The notes under the pieces are model-generated. The model was given only the letters and a program-made list of their open reading frames with translations. It was not told the origin of the DNA and did no database searches. Position numbers and translations under genes: made by a program. This document shows positions 17,635 through 26,805 of a stretch of DNA of 29,110 bases, piece by piece (the first letter of the stretch is position 1; each line of letters begins with the position of its first letter). The DNA comes from Promethearchaeota archaeon (GTDB taxonomy: Archaea > Asgardarchaeota > Lokiarchaeia > Sigyniarchaeales > SOKP01), in NCBI GenBank assembly GCA_048939015.1, contig JBHLPW010000058.1, positions 1 through 29,110 of the forward strand. The letters are read 5' to 3'.

Positions 17635-18543
17635 ATGAAAGGTATAATATTTGACATTCAAAATTACGCAATATATGATGGACCTGGCATAAGAACTCTA
17701 ATCTTTTTGAAAGGATGCCCTTTAAAGTGTGTTTGGTGTCAAAATCCAGAATCACAAAAACTTACTCCTCAAATATCTTATTTTGAAGAAAAATGTGTAA
17801 AATGTGCAACTTGCATTAATGCTTGTCCTAATAATGCTCTTCAACTACATAAAAATAAAATTGTTAGGAATGAGGAACTTTGTACAACTTGTGGAACTTG
17901 CGTCGAAGTTTGCCCAAATCAGGTTATGGAAATGGTTGGAAAAGAAATATTAGTGGAAGAACTAGTTGAAATTGTAATTAGAGATAAACCTTTTTTTGAT
18001 AATTCTGGAGGTGGTGTGACAATTTCAGGAGGAGAACCTACAATGCAGATACGATTTCTTTTAGAAATACTTAAAATTCTGAAAGAAAAGGGGATCCATA
18101 CAGCAATAGAAACATGTGGCTATTTCAACGATGATATATTAGAAGAATTAACTAAATATGTCGATTTGTTTTTATTTGATATTAAGCATATTGATTCTTT
18201 AACTCATAAAGAATACACAGGTGTAGCGAATGATAAAATTTTGGCTAATTTCTCTGCATTATATTTAAAAATTGGCAATGAAAGAATTATTCCTCGCATT
18301 CCAGTAATTCCTGGAGTAAATACGGATGAAGATACTATAAGAAGTATAGCATCCTTCTTAAATAATTTAAATTATAATGGCCCTATACATCTTATGCCGT
18401 ATAATAAATTAGCAAAAACAAAATATGAAAAAGTTGGAATGGGAAATTTATATAGAGATATGGATGAACTTTCGGAAGAAGATCTCCAAAATATTACACG
18501 TATATTCCAGCAATATTCTTATCATGTTGTTATTAACCACTAG
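17635..18543 (+). CDS. Glycyl-radical enzyme activating enzyme (radical SAM with ferredoxin insert)
   Basis: DGPGIRT, CPLKCVWCQNPE, two CxxCxxCxxxCP motifs, SGGEP, ETCG. Confidence 0.95.
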   Translation: MKGIIFDIQNYAIYDGPGIRTLIFLKGCPLKCVWCQNPESQKLTPQISYFEEKCVKCATCINACPNNALQLHKNKIVRNEELCTTCGTCVEVCPNQVMEMVGKEILVEELVEIVIRDKPFFDNSGGGVTISGGEPTMQIRFLLEILKILKEKGIHTAIETCGYFNDDILEELTKYVDLFLFDIKHIDSLTHKEYTGVANDKILANFSALYLKIGNERIIPRIPVIPGVNTDEDTIRSIASFLNNLNYNGPIHLMPYNKLAKTKYEKVGMGNLYRDMDELSEEDLQNITRIFQQYSYHVVINH

Positions 18544-18705
18544 GTTATAGGAAGTTCTTGACCTCTTTATATGTTCCAAAATACTAAATTATAAATATTC
18601 CTACTATATAATTTTTAATTAGTTATTAGAAAGATTGATTTATTTCTAAGAGTTTTATGAAATTCCTAATCCTTAAAAAAAAATTATAGGATGTGGTAAG
18701 AAATT

Positions 18706-21288
18706 ATGGAATTTATTGATAACGCTAGTGAAAGAATAAAAAGGATAAGAAGAAGATTCCTTGATGATATTCCTTTGATTTCTATAGAGAGAGCTAAACT
18801 CTATACTGAGAAATGGAAAAAAACTAATAACAATGGATTACCTCTTGGTGTAAGAGTTGCTCTTTCAATGAAAAATGTTCTTGAAAACATGACTCTATAT
18901 ATAGATCCTGATGATCGAATAGCAGGAAAATGGACAGAAAATTTCATCGGAATACCTGTTGACATTGAGCGTGGAATATGGAACAGAGTTTTTGAAATTG
19001 AACTTGATGAAAAAGCAATGAAAAAGTATATGAAAGAAAGTAATAAGAACTATATGTCATATATGGTAAGTAAAATTGGACCTGATGGTCTCCGTGAATT
19101 ACTCGAAAAAACCAAAAAAATAGGAGCTCTTATTACAACTCTAGGAACGGATACGTTAAAGCAAAGAAAAATAAATCCATATACTATTAAAGAGGAGGAT
19201 AAAAAACTCCTACTTACAGAACTTATTCCTTATTGGAAAGGAAAAACACTCGCTGATATTTTAGAAAAAAAATATACTAATTCTGAAGTATATACTGGTG
19301 AAGCATATGAATTCCTATCTAATTTACCATTAAAAACTGCTCAAAATGATATAGTAATATCTCCTTGTGCGGTGATTGGTGTATGGCAAGGTCATTTAGT
19401 TCTTGATTTTGAAACAATCTTAAGAAAAGGACTATCCATTATGTTGAGGGAAGTCCAAGATGAAATAGAAGAAAATAAAGATTTAACTAATGAACAAAAG
19501 GATTTTTTACGTTCTATTGAAATAACACTTGAAGCTGTAATAATTTATTCACGTAGATTGGCAGAAAAACTAAAAGAAGAATTAAACAAGACTAATGAAG
19601 TTGAGAGAAGAAGAGTATTATCAACTATGTATGAAACGTCTAAGAAAATCCCAATTTATCCCCCTACTACATTTAGAGAAGCAGTGCAACTATTTTGGAT
19701 TGTTAAAACAACCGTGGATTTAGCAATACCATTTAATGTCCATGGACCAGGTCGTTTAGATCAACTTTTTTATCCTTTTTACAGTTCAGATATTAATAAA
19801 GGTCTCATCACTCGAGAAGAAGCACGAGAATTACTTGAAGAATTAGTTTTGAATATAATGAGTCATAATATCCGTCCTTATTCTAATGCGGTAAGTGATT
19901 TTAGCCAACGATTTGAAGGTTCAGAACCTGTGACAGTAGGGGGTTTAAATGAAGAAGGAGAAGACGCTACAAACGATCTTACATATCTTATATTAGAAGC
20001 AGCAGATAGATCAAAAGCTTCTCTTAATTTCGCTGTTCGTTTTCATGATAATAGCCCTGAAGAATTATATTTGAAGGTTGCTGAGATCCAATATAATGGA
20101 TATTCAAGTATATCTATGTTAAATGATACTGTATGTATTGAAGCACTAAAGAAACGAGGTATTACTGAAAAAGATGCGAATGCCTATTCAATCACAGGAT
20201 GTGTGGATATGTGTAGTCCAGGAAAAACTGGAGGAATTGGTTTTTCAGCACTTTTATTGTGTAGAACCTTGGATATGACCCTTCGGAATGGTAACTGCTT
20301 GACAATTGGAGGTCTAGTAAAGGATGTAGGGTTGAAAACTGGTAATCCTGATAATTTTGACACGTTCGATGAATTTCTTGATGCATTGCACCAACAAATA
20401 AGTTTTGTTATTCAAAAAATAGTAGAAGCAACTACTATACGTGATAGATTATTTGCAAATTATTTTCCTGCACCATTCATATCTGCATTCATGCGAGGAT
20501 GCTTTAAGCACAAAAAAGATGTAACTCAAGGAGGTGCTTATTACGATGCTGAAGGAATTCTAATAATGAATAGCATTGCCAACATGGTTGATTCTTTATA
20601 CGTGATTAAAAAACTCATATTTGAGCAAAAAAAATTCAAATTTAAAGAGTTAATTGAAGCAATTGATAATAACTTCACTGGTGAATATGAACCAATTCAC
20701 AAAATGATCTTAGGTCTCGAAGGAAAATGGGGAAATGGAAACCCTGAATGTGATGAACTTGCTCGTAAAGTTACAACTCAAATATTTGAGGAAACCTATG
20801 ATTATAAAACATATAGAGGTGGAGTTTACGCCCCTTTTATTATTTCAATGACATCTCACACATATGATGGAAGAATAGGTATGGCTACACCAGATGGCAG
20901 ACTTGCTGGTAAACCTTTTGCAGCAAGTTGCAATCCATATAATGTTGAGAAGAACGGACCAACAGGTGTCATGCGATCAGTCGCCGCACTTGATTTTGAG
21001 CATGTTTGTGGTTGTGCAGTTAATATACGAATGCATCCCTCTGGGATTGGTAAAACAATGGAAGCTAGAAAAAAATGGATCTCACTATTAAAAACTTATT
21101 ATAGTTTGGGAGGTCAACAGCTTCAACCTACTGTAGTATCTACAGAAGTACTTAAAGCAGCTCAATTGAACCCAGAACCTTATAGAAATATAATCGTAAA
21201 AGTTGGAGGCTATTCTGCTTACTTTACAGATTTAGGAAAAGAAATTCAAGATGAAGTCATTTCGAGAACTGAACATATCACAATATAG
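18706..21288 (+). CDS. Glycyl radical enzyme (non-PFL, PFL2/eliminase-like), substrate unknown
   Basis: GRLDQ, Cys loop GC499VD, ATPDGR, Gly loop KVGG835YS; adjacent activase. Confidence 0.92.
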   Translation: MEFIDNASERIKRIRRRFLDDIPLISIERAKLYTEKWKKTNNNGLPLGVRVALSMKNVLENMTLYIDPDDRIAGKWTENFIGIPVDIERGIWNRVFEIELDEKAMKKYMKESNKNYMSYMVSKIGPDGLRELLEKTKKIGALITTLGTDTLKQRKINPYTIKEEDKKLLLTELIPYWKGKTLADILEKKYTNSEVYTGEAYEFLSNLPLKTAQNDIVISPCAVIGVWQGHLVLDFETILRKGLSIMLREVQDEIEENKDLTNEQKDFLRSIEITLEAVIIYSRRLAEKLKEELNKTNEVERRRVLSTMYETSKKIPIYPPTTFREAVQLFWIVKTTVDLAIPFNVHGPGRLDQLFYPFYSSDINKGLITREEARELLEELVLNIMSHNIRPYSNAVSDFSQRFEGSEPVTVGGLNEEGEDATNDLTYLILEAADRSKASLNFAVRFHDNSPEELYLKVAEIQYNGYSSISMLNDTVCIEALKKRGITEKDANAYSITGCVDMCSPGKTGGIGFSALLLCRTLDMTLRNGNCLTIGGLVKDVGLKTGNPDNFDTFDEFLDALHQQISFVIQKIVEATTIRDRLFANYFPAPFISAFMRGCFKHKKDVTQGGAYYDAEGILIMNSIANMVDSLYVIKKLIFEQKKFKFKELIEAIDNNFTGEYEPIHKMILGLEGKWGNGNPECDELARKVTTQIFEETYDYKTYRGGVYAPFIISMTSHTYDGRIGMATPDGRLAGKPFAASCNPYNVEKNGPTGVMRSVAALDFEHVCGCAVNIRMHPSGIGKTMEARKKWISLLKTYYSLGGQQLQPTVVSTEVLKAAQLNPEPYRNIIVKVGGYSAYFTDLGKEIQDEVISRTEHITI

Positions 21289-21309
21289 TATTTAAATTTC
21301 TCTAACTCT

Positions 21310-22236
21310 TTAATTTAAATTTTTAAGCCATGTAATGATTCTTGTTAAAACTTCTTCGATATTTTCTTGGAAAATTAGATGTGATGCACCATCCAAAATC
21401 TCCAAACTTTTATTTTCACATGTTAACCTATCATATATTTCAGTCATATAATCTATTGAAAACAAATCATCTTCGGTTCCATTTATTATCATTGTGGGTA
21501 CTTTTATTTCTTCTATAGGAATTGGTAATGGATCTCTCATCTGGGTTCTAAGGGCTCTAAGTGTGTACTTAAGGCTTATTAGTGGATCCTTTAATAGAAA
21601 ATTTATTCCTTCTAATACTTTTTCAGTTTTAGCTAGTTTATCAAAATCTAAGTATAGTGTTGTACTCAATTTTAATTTGGGAATAACTTTGGCGACAAAA
21701 GGTACTAAATAAATTAATAATTTTAAGAATCCATGTAAATTGATTATCTTCTTATACGCCTTTTCATTAAATATAGCAGCATTATGACATATTGCACCTT
21801 TAAATCTATTATCATAAGCAACGGAATAAAGGGTATTAATCCCTCCCAAACTAGAACCCATTAAAATATTTTTCTTACTATAATTTTCAATTACATAAGA
21901 ATTAACATCGTATACAGTCTTCTCAAATTGTTCCATGGTAAAATTACCTCTAACACCTTCGCTTAAACCGTGTCCCACCATATCAGGTGCTATAACTCGA
22001 TAACCCTTTCTAAAGAGGTTATATAAAAACTCAGCATAAAACCTGCTATACACAGAAGTACCATGCAGGAAAATTATTGTCCCTTTAATCGATTTCTCAT
22101 TATCATCATAAATATCTAAATGGATTTTCAATCCTTCAGACCATATATATTCTTCTTTAATTAATTTTTTAATCTCTTGGGGATCTATCTCAAAACAGTA
22201 ATTAAACCAATAATCATTATATTCTAATATTGGCAT
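21310..22236 (-). CDS. Alpha/beta hydrolase, monoacylglycerol lipase/lysophospholipase-like
   Basis: FLHG, DMVGHGLSEG, nucleophile GSSLGG, GTEDD, ASH. Confidence 0.88.
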   Translation of the reverse strand: MPILEYNDYWFNYCFEIDPQEIKKLIKEEYIWSEGLKIHLDIYDDNEKSIKGTIIFLHGTSVYSRFYAEFLYNLFRKGYRVIAPDMVGHGLSEGVRGNFTMEQFEKTVYDVNSYVIENYSKKNILMGSSLGGINTLYSVAYDNRFKGAICHNAAIFNEKAYKKIINLHGFLKLLIYLVPFVAKVIPKLKLSTTLYLDFDKLAKTEKVLEGINFLLKDPLISLKYTLRALRTQMRDPLPIPIEEIKVPTMIINGTEDDLFSIDYMTEIYDRLTCENKSLEILDGASHLIFQENIEEVLTRIITWLKNLN

Positions 22237-22280
22237 ATTATCTATGAAATCCCTAAATATAGCATTCCTATTCTATTAAC

Positions 22281-22799
22281 TTAAAGTGCTATTCCACCTA
22301 TAAACCCTAAAGCTCCACCAGCAATACCTAAGAAAAAACCAATCCAAATTCCCCATGTATAGTCATATAGTATAGCAAAAAAATCTGCCCAATACCAGTT
22401 TTGAGACACAAAAATATCCAAATTGCCTTGAATAGCTCCAGCAAGCTCACTAATTCCCATTATAAAATCAATCACCATGAGAACAGGTGCTAAAAGCATC
22501 AGAATTCCGCCAAGAACACCCATACCTTTTGATTCCTTAACAGCTGCAACGATACATAAGATAGATCCAATAATTACTAGAGTTCCCCCAATTACCCCTA
22601 ATATGGAGATTCCCATAGAAGTAGTATTTCCAATATCAATAACCGTTCCAATCCCAGTAAGATAATATCCACCTGAAGATCCCATACCCGAAACTTCATA
22701 TCTATACCAACTAAATAATGCAGGCATAATAAAACCAAGAAGAATGCTTGCCAATCCTAAAATTGCAGCTATTATTGATACAACTTTACCAAATCCCAA
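22281..22799 (-). CDS. Four-TM Gly-rich membrane protein, claudin-like topology
   Basis: Four hydrophobic segments, two larger loops and a short KESK loop; TTG start with GAGAGG RBS. Confidence 0.65.
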   Translation of the reverse strand: MGFGKVVSIIAAILGLASILLGFIMPALFSWYRYEVSGMGSSGGYYLTGIGTVIDIGNTTSMGISILGVIGGTLVIIGSILCIVAAVKESKGMGVLGGILMLLAPVLMVIDFIMGISELAGAIQGNLDIFVSQNWYWADFFAILYDYTWGIWIGFFLGIAGGALGFIGGIAL

Positions 22800-22952
22800 T
22801 TTATTAACCTCTCTTTATTTAATTTCAATAATAATTTATTTCTTTTCAAATTGCTTAAAATCTGATAAATCTTATTTTTATCTAATTGTTAATAAAGTTT
22901 TCTGAAAGAGAACATATGTTTAAATTTCTAGATAAAAACTGTACTTTTAGGT

Positions 22953-23978
22953 TCACCAGCGCCAAAAGATATCTTCTGCATGACCTAATAGACTATTAAT
23001 ATGGATCTTTTCACCACTATCTAATACAATATCACCCGTATATAAACCGTGGAGGAGAGAAGAATTCAGATATATCAATCCAAAATTCAATTTCTCCCTA
23101 TGAGGAATCAGAGGTGTCAGAACCATATTAAATCGATCATCATTGCTCGTGAATTTCCAGGGCTTTGTAGGATCTCGATCTTCATGGTGAAAGCTTATTT
23201 CATCAATCTTATGAGCTTTTCCATCATAGAAAATTATATTTTCTGTATGAGTTGATAAGTCTCCGAATCCATATCCAATATTAAATGCAAGTGGTACATC
23301 ATTTACCATTCCACAAGCAGATCCCCATAACCAATGTGTATGGTAAGGCCAAATTCCACGCCCCCAATCCATCAAGCCAAAAGATGTTTCTGGTTCAAAA
23401 TTATAGTTTTTATCGCCAATCTGAATTGATCCTTCAGCGGGTATCATGTTGATTTTATGATTGTAATAAAATAATCGTGGATCTTCCTTATAACCTGTTA
23501 CGACTACTGTATTATCCCATTCTGGTTTATCATCAAGCTTAATAGTTCCTTTAATCCCCTTTTCGATAAAATTTGGATCATCAATAGTTAAAATTCTCTG
23601 ATTTCCTTTTTTTTCGATTATTGCTTTAAATTTCTTGGAAGGGAATTCAATTGTACTGTCTTCTAAAGAACTTAGTGGTAAGAGCTTAGATTTGGTAAAA
23701 AACTTAAATTGCCCTATTGATTCTCGTGCTTTGTTCTCAAAATCAAGCCATACATAGCTCATTTGAGTAAGATATCCAATATCTCCGATGGTTAGTTGAA
23801 ATCCATATTTCTTGTTTAATATAGAGAAGTGGTCCCACTCCTTAATACGAGACCACCCTTTTCCAATGTCTTCTTTATTATACTTTAATATTGGCTTTCT
23901 TGCCCATCCTCGCTGTGCAAGGGAACCATCTTTATTGAATAAATTTGAAGGTTCTGTAATTTCGTTTTGGTTTCCCAT
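22953..23978 (-). CDS. DUF2804 family protein
   Basis: GWARKP, RIKEWD, FYYNHK, DWGRGIWPY, WLW, FNIGYG, TEN, PWKF. Confidence 0.8.
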   Translation of the reverse strand: MGNQNEITEPSNLFNKDGSLAQRGWARKPILKYNKEDIGKGWSRIKEWDHFSILNKKYGFQLTIGDIGYLTQMSYVWLDFENKARESIGQFKFFTKSKLLPLSSLEDSTIEFPSKKFKAIIEKKGNQRILTIDDPNFIEKGIKGTIKLDDKPEWDNTVVVTGYKEDPRLFYYNHKINMIPAEGSIQIGDKNYNFEPETSFGLMDWGRGIWPYHTHWLWGSACGMVNDVPLAFNIGYGFGDLSTHTENIIFYDGKAHKIDEISFHHEDRDPTKPWKFTSNDDRFNMVLTPLIPHREKLNFGLIYLNSSLLHGLYTGDIVLDSGEKIHINSLLGHAEDIFWRW

Positions 23979-24046
23979 GATAATATCAAACTCTTTATCA
24001 ATTTAAAAGGATAATTTTAAAAAGATTTGAGTCAAAATAAAATTTA

Positions 24047-25309
24047 ATGTCTTCAGAATTTGAAAAAAACTTAGATAAATTCGCCGAGATAATAGTAAAA
24101 ATCGGTCTAAATGTTCAACCTGGACAGCGTTTACTGATTGGAGGACCCACAGCATATACTTACGGGACACCTATAGAATTAGCTCCTTTAGTAAGATTAA
24201 TAACAAAGAAAGCTTATCAAATAGGAGCGAGATTTGTAGAAGTTTTTTGGGATGATGATCAATTACGTAAAATTCGATTTGAACAAGCTCCAAAAGATTC
24301 TTTTGAAGAATATCCTGTTTGGCGAACTGATTGTCAATATCAATTTGGATCTGAAGGAGATGCAGTACTTATATTTGTTGCTTTTAATCCAGATTTACTC
24401 GAAGATCCAGATCCTGATTTAATGGCAACCACTTTTAATACTTATGCTAAACATAGAAAAACATTTGGTGATTTAATATCAAAAAGTGCTGTAAATTGGA
24501 CCGCAATCACAGCTCCAGTTGATGGATGGGCAGAAAAAGTATTTCCTAAAGTTCCCAAAGAGAATAAAAAAGCTAAATTTTGGGATACAATCTTTGACAT
24601 ATGTCGGGTTAAAAGTGAAAATCCAATTGCTATATGGGAAGAACATGTTAGACAATTAAGAGTCAGGAGTGATTTTTTAAATAAAAAGCGATATGAATCA
24701 TTAAAACTAACTGCTCCTGGGACAGATCTCACAATTGGACTTCCAAAGGATTATTTTTGGGGGAGTGCTCGATTTAAAACTCAGAGTGGTATTGATTTTA
24801 TTGCAAATATCCCTACTGAAGAAATATTCACAACAACTCATAAGGATAAAACAGAAGGTGTTGTAACATCAACAAAACCACGCCATACAGATGTTTTGAT
24901 TGATGAGGTTAGATTGACTTTTTCCAAAGGTTGCGTTGTAGAAGCAACTGCTAAAAAAGGAGAAGAAATGTTAAAAACATTACTTGAAACCGATGAAGGA
25001 GCAAAACGATTAGGAGAAGTAGCTCTTGTTCCCCATAGTTCTCCCATTTCACAGTCAGGCTTGATATATTACAATACTCTTATTGATGAAAACGCATCAT
25101 GTCACGTTGCTATTGGTCGAGGGTTCAAATTTGCAATAAAAAATGGGAATAAGATGTCTGATGACGAGTTTTCTGATATTGGAGGCAATATTAGTAAGAT
25201 ACACATAGATTTTATGATTGGTTCAGATAAAATAGATGTAGATGGCACCTTAAAAAATGGAAAAACAGAGCCAATAATGAGAAAAGGAGAATGGGCTTTT
25301 ACTGTTTAA
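24047..25309 (+). CDS. Aminopeptidase, M29 family (AmpS/AmpT/PepS-like)
   Basis: GLNVQPGQ, NIPTEEIFT, LGEVALV, YNTLIDENASCHVAIG, HIDFMIG. Confidence 0.95.
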   Translation: MSSEFEKNLDKFAEIIVKIGLNVQPGQRLLIGGPTAYTYGTPIELAPLVRLITKKAYQIGARFVEVFWDDDQLRKIRFEQAPKDSFEEYPVWRTDCQYQFGSEGDAVLIFVAFNPDLLEDPDPDLMATTFNTYAKHRKTFGDLISKSAVNWTAITAPVDGWAEKVFPKVPKENKKAKFWDTIFDICRVKSENPIAIWEEHVRQLRVRSDFLNKKRYESLKLTAPGTDLTIGLPKDYFWGSARFKTQSGIDFIANIPTEEIFTTTHKDKTEGVVTSTKPRHTDVLIDEVRLTFSKGCVVEATAKKGEEMLKTLLETDEGAKRLGEVALVPHSSPISQSGLIYYNTLIDENASCHVAIGRGFKFAIKNGNKMSDDEFSDIGGNISKIHIDFMIGSDKIDVDGTLKNGKTEPIMRKGEWAFTV

Positions 25310-25312
25310 AAT

Positions 25313-26719
25313 TCACTCTATTTTTTGACAAATATTATCAATTTTTTGAATTGTTCCATCAATAATTTCATCAGAATGAAGCATACAAGTGTAGAATCTA
25401 CTCCCAGCTACCGAGATAATCTCTTGGTCAACAAGTGCAGCTCCCATTTCACCCATAAAATCTTTTCTTTTAGGCAGCTCTCCAGCTTGTTTTGGATCCC
25501 CTAAATCAAGTCCAAATAAGCAACTTGTATGAAAATGTACTGTACCACCATAATTATAGGAAAACCATGGTAAGTCATAATTATCGAATACTTTATTTAA
25601 TCCATTTGATAATCTGGTACCAGCTTTTATAGCTTTTTCTGTAGCGTTTGTTTCTTCTACAAATTTTAATGCGTAAAAAGCTGCAGCGCATGTTAATGGA
25701 TTTGCTGCTATAGTTCCTCCAGAGTACGCTTTCTTACCTCCACTTACTCCTGCAGCGCACACGCTCATAACATCAGCTCTTCCCCCAATAGCTGCAGCAG
25801 ATGGAAAACCGTGTCCTATGATCTTTCCAAACACTGAAATATCAGGAGTATATCCGAAATATGCTTGTCCTCCACCTATATCCAATCTAAATGCACATAC
25901 TACTTCATCTGATATCATTAAAGCTTTATTTTCATGGCACAGTTCTTCTACTTCTTTATTAAATCCAGGTCTTACGGGAATACTTCCTGATTCTCCACCC
26001 ATAGGTTCAACTATAACAGCAGCAACTTTACGTTTTTCCTTAAACATTTGTGCTAGAGTCTCAATATCGTTTGGAGGGCATGAATCAATCCATTTAAATA
26101 CATTTTTTGGTATTCCATGAGATTCTAATAATTTAGTTCCTGGGACATGCATGTCATATACAAGTTGATCAGACCATCCATGGTAGGATCCTCCAATTTT
26201 TATTATCCATTTACGATTTGTAAAGGTTCTAGCAATTCTTATAGCAAGCATATCAGCTTCAGTTCCAGATTGTAGCCATCTGATGATTTCGCATGACGGA
26301 AAATATTGTTGAACTTTTTCAGCAGCTAGATATTCATATTCATTAGTTATTCCGTGACATGGTCCGTTGTTTTGAATCACTTCAACAACTTTATCTATTA
26401 ATGGTTTATATTGATGACCTAAAATAATTGGTCCACCACACATTAAATAATCAGTTAAAACAACATCATCTACGGTTTCCATATAGCAATCATATACTCT
26501 TTTGCTGGCTAAAGGGAATGGATGATTAAATGCAAGATTGTGTTCAACCCCACCAGGGATGATTTTACGTGCTCTCTCATATGCTTCTCTGGATTTTGGA
26601 TGATTTTTATGATATCTTTCAATTATTCCCTTAATTTCCTCTGCTTTAAATTTTTTAATTGGTTGATTGACAATATTTTCAATCTTAACTTTCATTTCTT
26701 CATAGTTCATACTAGACAT
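25313..26719 (-). CDS. Class III PLP aminotransferase (GSA-aminomutase-like)
   Basis: IPGGV, ILGH, SGTEA, YHG, IVEP, DEV, PLP lysine FGKIIG, GGT. Confidence 0.9.
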   Translation of the reverse strand: MSSMNYEEMKVKIENIVNQPIKKFKAEEIKGIIERYHKNHPKSREAYERARKIIPGGVEHNLAFNHPFPLASKRVYDCYMETVDDVVLTDYLMCGGPIILGHQYKPLIDKVVEVIQNNGPCHGITNEYEYLAAEKVQQYFPSCEIIRWLQSGTEADMLAIRIARTFTNRKWIIKIGGSYHGWSDQLVYDMHVPGTKLLESHGIPKNVFKWIDSCPPNDIETLAQMFKEKRKVAAVIVEPMGGESGSIPVRPGFNKEVEELCHENKALMISDEVVCAFRLDIGGGQAYFGYTPDISVFGKIIGHGFPSAAAIGGRADVMSVCAAGVSGGKKAYSGGTIAANPLTCAAAFYALKFVEETNATEKAIKAGTRLSNGLNKVFDNYDLPWFSYNYGGTVHFHTSCLFGLDLGDPKQAGELPKRKDFMGEMGAALVDQEIISVAGSRFYTCMLHSDEIIDGTIQKIDNICQKIE

Positions 26720-26805
26720 AATAACTCAAAATTAGTAGTATATTGGTAACTAAATTAATTAGTTAATAATAACATTGAAAATTAATCTTATTATTTTTAA
26801 CACAA

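Noticed and set aside
18706-21288. Annotation as pyruvate formate-lyase (pflB)
   Set aside because: It lacks the adjacent Cys-Cys pair, and its activase has a ferredoxin insert unlike PflA.
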